Assembly (NCBI GenBank): GCA_046484135.1
Contig: JAWOBU010000196.1
Coordinates: 1 to 16,383 of the forward strand
Origin: a bacterium
GTDB taxonomy: Bacteria > RBG-13-61-14 > DATKZS01
DNA length: 16,383 nt
Direction of reading: 5' to 3'
Shown here: piece by piece, positions 13,863 to 16,383 of the stretch
How positions within the stretch are numbered: the first letter of the stretch is position 1
Layout of the letters: each line of letters opens with the position of its first letter
Position numbers and translations under genes: made by a program
The notes under the pieces: generated by a model
Told to the model about the DNA's origin: nothing
What the model saw: the letters and a program-made list of their open reading frames with translations, nothing else
Databases searched by the model: none

Positions 13863-14690
13863 TCACTCCGCTTTCATGACCCGGTAGTCGCGCACCATGG
13901 CCATCTTTTGCGAAAGCCGGATCATTCTCTCTCCCTTCTGATAGTTAACGGTAAGGGCGTTCTCGGGACAGTTCTCAACGCACTGCCAGCATTTGATGCA
14001 GTCGTCTCCCCGCACCGCCTTGCCGTTTTCGATTCTGATATTTTCCTGGGGGCAAACATCAGCGCAGGCTCCGCATCCTTCGCATTTTTCCGGCTCGTGC
14101 TTTATCTCGGGCATGGAGTTGATCTTGGTTTGAAGCGACAACAGTCCACTTACGAAGTTGAACACCTTTCGGCCATTATCGAGCCGGGAGAGAGGCACGG
14201 ACAGATTGGGGTCCTTTTCGAGCCGCTCGACCAGCCCGCGCGCAAAGCTCTCCACGTTCGCAAGCATCTCCTGGTCCGGCTTGCCTGGCCCGAAGCCTTG
14301 AGCTCCCTTGAGGGTGGGAAAATTATGCTCCGCTGGGACTTCGATCCCGCCCGCCGAGGTATAACCGGCCTGCGTAAGAATGGCAGCCAGCTTGCGTAAA
14401 ACATTTCCGCCATACACGTGCCCGTAGGTCGTGAACACAAAGGAGGGACGGCCCTTCCCCTGCGGGACACTTTTTATCCATCTTTTGACCACTGGCGGGA
14501 CCTCCATGTACATCACTGGAGTGCCTACTCCTAAAACCGATGCGTCTTGAAGCGCGGAAGGATCGTCTTCGGGAACACTCAGTATACGGGAACTCCATCC
14601 CCCCTTGTCGAACTCCCGGTTTATAACTTCGGCAACCTTCGACGTGTTGCCGGTCTGGGAAAACAACGCTATACAACTTGTCTTGTTCAT
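13863..14690 (-). CDS. EFR1-family protein: N-terminal flavodoxin-like domain plus C-terminal 2x[4Fe-4S] ferredoxin
   Basis: FSQTGNTSKVA, GTPV, FTTYG; CEGCGACADVCP and CIKCWQCVENCP. GGAGG SD. Confidence 0.9.
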   Translation of the reverse strand: MNKTSCIALFSQTGNTSKVAEVINREFDKGGWSSRILSVPEDDPSALQDASVLGVGTPVMYMEVPPVVKRWIKSVPQGKGRPSFVFTTYGHVYGGNVLRKLAAILTQAGYTSAGGIEVPAEHNFPTLKGAQGFGPGKPDQEMLANVESFARGLVERLEKDPNLSVPLSRLDNGRKVFNFVSGLLSLQTKINSMPEIKHEPEKCEGCGACADVCPQENIRIENGKAVRGDDCIKCWQCVENCPENALTVNYQKGERMIRLSQKMAMVRDYRVMKAE

Positions 14691-14759
14691 ACTTCCTCCA
14701 AAAAAACAACTGCTTTTTACTTTAACCTTCGGGCAAGCCTTTTATCAGAACTTCCCGCT

Positions 14760-15848
14760 TTATTCGAGCCACTTCTCCGTGAAATGCACGTGCTTTATGG
14801 ACTCCCTCTTATAGGTGTAGGAGATGTGGATGGACCCGTCTTCCTCTTTGCAGAGCGAGGGGTAGGAGTACTCGCCGGGAGCGGTCTCCAGGTCCTTTAC
14901 CACCTCCCAGCTTTTGCCGCCGTCGTCCGAAACCGCGAGCGATAGCGGGGTGCGGTCGTCCTCCGAGTTGTTGAAAGCGAGCAGCAGCCTTCCGGACTCC
15001 ATCTTTATCATGTCCGTGCCCGCGTTGGGGTTGGGAAGTGCGGTCTGACGAGGCTCGGTCCAGGTGCGGCCGCCGTCATGGGACCTGGTCTCCCAGACCC
15101 TTTTTTCCTTGAACCAACTGTCGCCGGTGCGCATGGTGGCGTAAAGGTTTCCCGGAGACAGCTCGACCACCGAGGCCTGGATGTTGCCGGGGTTCGAGCA
15201 GACCTCGCCCACGTGCTCCCAGTTGTGGCCGTCCGGCGACTCCATGAACTCCGAGCACCACTTGTTCTCGCTGTAAAGCGGAAGCAGAATGCGACCGTCC
15301 GAGAGCTTTACCGGATGGTTCCTGGTCATCCATCCCCTTTTGTTGCGGAGAATGCGGACGTCTCCCCAGGTGCGGCCCGAGTCTTCCGAGGTCCGGTACT
15401 TCACCTTGGCCCAGTTCCAGCCCAACCCGTGGATGGTTACGTAAAACAGCCAGGTCGTGCCGCCCTCCGCGAACAGAACCGGGTTGCCCTCAGACTTGTT
15501 CGGGGTGTCCGCTATCACCCGGGGCTCGTTCCACTTAGCGTTTTCAAGCCGGGAGGCGTAGACAGCCACGTCGTCCGCGGCCTCGGAAGAACCCGCGTAC
15601 CACGCGCACATGATAGTGCCGTCCGGCATCTGGTAGATATTGGACCCGTGGTTGGAAGGAAGCCGGTCCGTGGGCGGGAATATGAGCCCCGACATCAAAA
15701 GACCGCCGTCTCCACCCTTTTCCGCTTTAACGTCCATTTTGTCCTCCGCCTGCAAGAGGCCTGACAAAGACAAGCCCGAAAGCAAAAGCAAAGCCGAAAA
15801 AACACGCAAGGCGCGTCCGCCGAGCCACCGCCGGTATGTAGTTGTCAT
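14760..15848 (-). CDS. Exported BNR/Asp-box beta-propeller protein (exo-alpha-sialidase-like, BNR_2)
   Basis: Asp boxes TSEDSGRTW, ESPDGHNW, RSHDGGRTW, VSDDGGKSW; also LPNPNAG, RTPL, YSYP. Signal peptide. AAGGAGGAG SD. Confidence 0.88.
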   Translation of the reverse strand: MTTTYRRWLGGRALRVFSALLLLSGLSLSGLLQAEDKMDVKAEKGGDGGLLMSGLIFPPTDRLPSNHGSNIYQMPDGTIMCAWYAGSSEAADDVAVYASRLENAKWNEPRVIADTPNKSEGNPVLFAEGGTTWLFYVTIHGLGWNWAKVKYRTSEDSGRTWGDVRILRNKRGWMTRNHPVKLSDGRILLPLYSENKWCSEFMESPDGHNWEHVGEVCSNPGNIQASVVELSPGNLYATMRTGDSWFKEKRVWETRSHDGGRTWTEPRQTALPNPNAGTDMIKMESGRLLLAFNNSEDDRTPLSLAVSDDGGKSWEVVKDLETAPGEYSYPSLCKEEDGSIHISYTYKRESIKHVHFTEKWLE

Positions 15849-15889
15849 GGTTTCCCGCTCCTCCTTCTTTGAATACGTTTTGAATGATT

Positions 15890-15898
15890 ATTCTACCA
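15890..15898 (-). promoter_or_regulatory. Extended -10 promoter element for the BNR gene
   Basis: Minus strand TG-g-TAGAAT (15898-15890), about 40 nt upstream of ATG 15848. No clear -35. Confidence 0.5.
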
Positions 15899-15980
15899 GA
15901 GAAAAGCGGCTTTCATCCAATTTTTTAGCTTGGCGGCAAGATTTTCCGAACGGCTTTTAAGCCGCCCGTCCTCGCCGGTT

Positions 15981-16009
15981 TTGCCAGGCCTGTGTATGTA
16001 TGTTAAATT
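15981..16009 (+). promoter_or_regulatory. Sigma70-type promoter (leaderless) for the TPR lipoprotein
   Basis: TTGCCA (15981-15986), 17 nt spacer, TG-t-TAAATT (-10 at 16004-16009), 7 nt before ATG 16017. Confidence 0.7.
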
Positions 16010-16016
16010 CCACTTT

Positions 16017-16383
16017 ATGGCGAAAACAGTAATCAGTTCTTTCCGTTACCGTTTGCGCGGTCTTCTGGTCTGTCTGGTGCTCGTCTCGTTCGCGGTCTCC
16101 GGCTGTCCCAAGCTCCAGAGGTTTATAAACGAGGTGAAATCCGAGGTAAAACAGTCCACTTCTGCTGAAGACAAGTCAAAAAAACAGCAGGTGGATGCCA
16201 TGACCCATTTCAGCTATGCCCAGCTTCTGGCGCTGGAAGGCAGAAGAGAGCAGGCCATCGAAGAGCTGCTCTCCGCTATTAAGGCGGACCCGGACACGGC
16301 ATACGTGCGCACGGTGCTGGCCTATAACCTTCTTAAGGAAGGCCGGGCGTTGGAGGCCCAGGGCTGGGCCGAAGAAGCGGTCG
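16017..16383 (+). CDS. Tetratricopeptide-repeat lipoprotein, 3' end runs off the window
   Basis: Not in the ORF track; translated by hand. MAKTVISSFRYRLRGLLVCLVLVSFAVSGC (lipobox), then TPR-like helices AMTHFSYAQLLALEGRREQAIEELLSAIKADPDTAYVRTVLAYNLLKEGRALEAQGWAEEAV. Confidence 0.85.
   Translation, partial: MAKTVISSFRYRLRGLLVCLVLVSFAVSGCPKLQRFINEVKSEVKQSTSAEDKSKKQQVDAMTHFSYAQLLALEGRREQAIEELLSAIKADPDTAYVRTVLAYNLLKEGRALEAQGWAEEAV

Noticed and set aside
1..16383. CRISPR array, tRNA/rRNA, IS or integrase
   Set aside because: No regularly spaced repeats, cloverleaf/rRNA signatures or transposase/recombinase motifs were seen.

Overview
A gene-dense, GC-rich bacterial window, probably from an anaerobic diderm (Deltaproteobacteria-like; inference only), with about 16 CDSs and no rRNA, tRNA, CRISPR or mobile element that I can see. 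From left to right: (1) a minus-strand operon of a GT2 polyprenol-P-sugar synthase, a B12-radical SAM enzyme and a class I methyltransferase, divergent from a GT-C-type membrane protein; (2) a four-gene AmmeMemoRadiSam operon; (3) glyoxalase II-like hydrolase plus a TsrM-like B12-radical SAM enzyme; (4) LysM protein, PhoD-like phosphatase, DUF3330-like Cys mini-protein, orphan TrpG/PabA, EFR1-type flavodoxin-ferredoxin, BNR/Asp-box protein and a TPR lipoprotein. The most unusual part is the AmmeMemoRadiSam operon (4658-7761). Its Memo-AMMECR1 fusion carries a lipoprotein signal. Its radical SAM enzyme lacks the usual N-terminal 'EAxx(W/Y)' segment. Three copies of a similar motif, S(L/C)HxAD(H/Y)(W/Y), sit instead on two small flanking proteins, one membrane-anchored and one with a twin-arginine motif. 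Several genes also look leaderless. Family assignments come from motif recognition and memory; no database searches were run.
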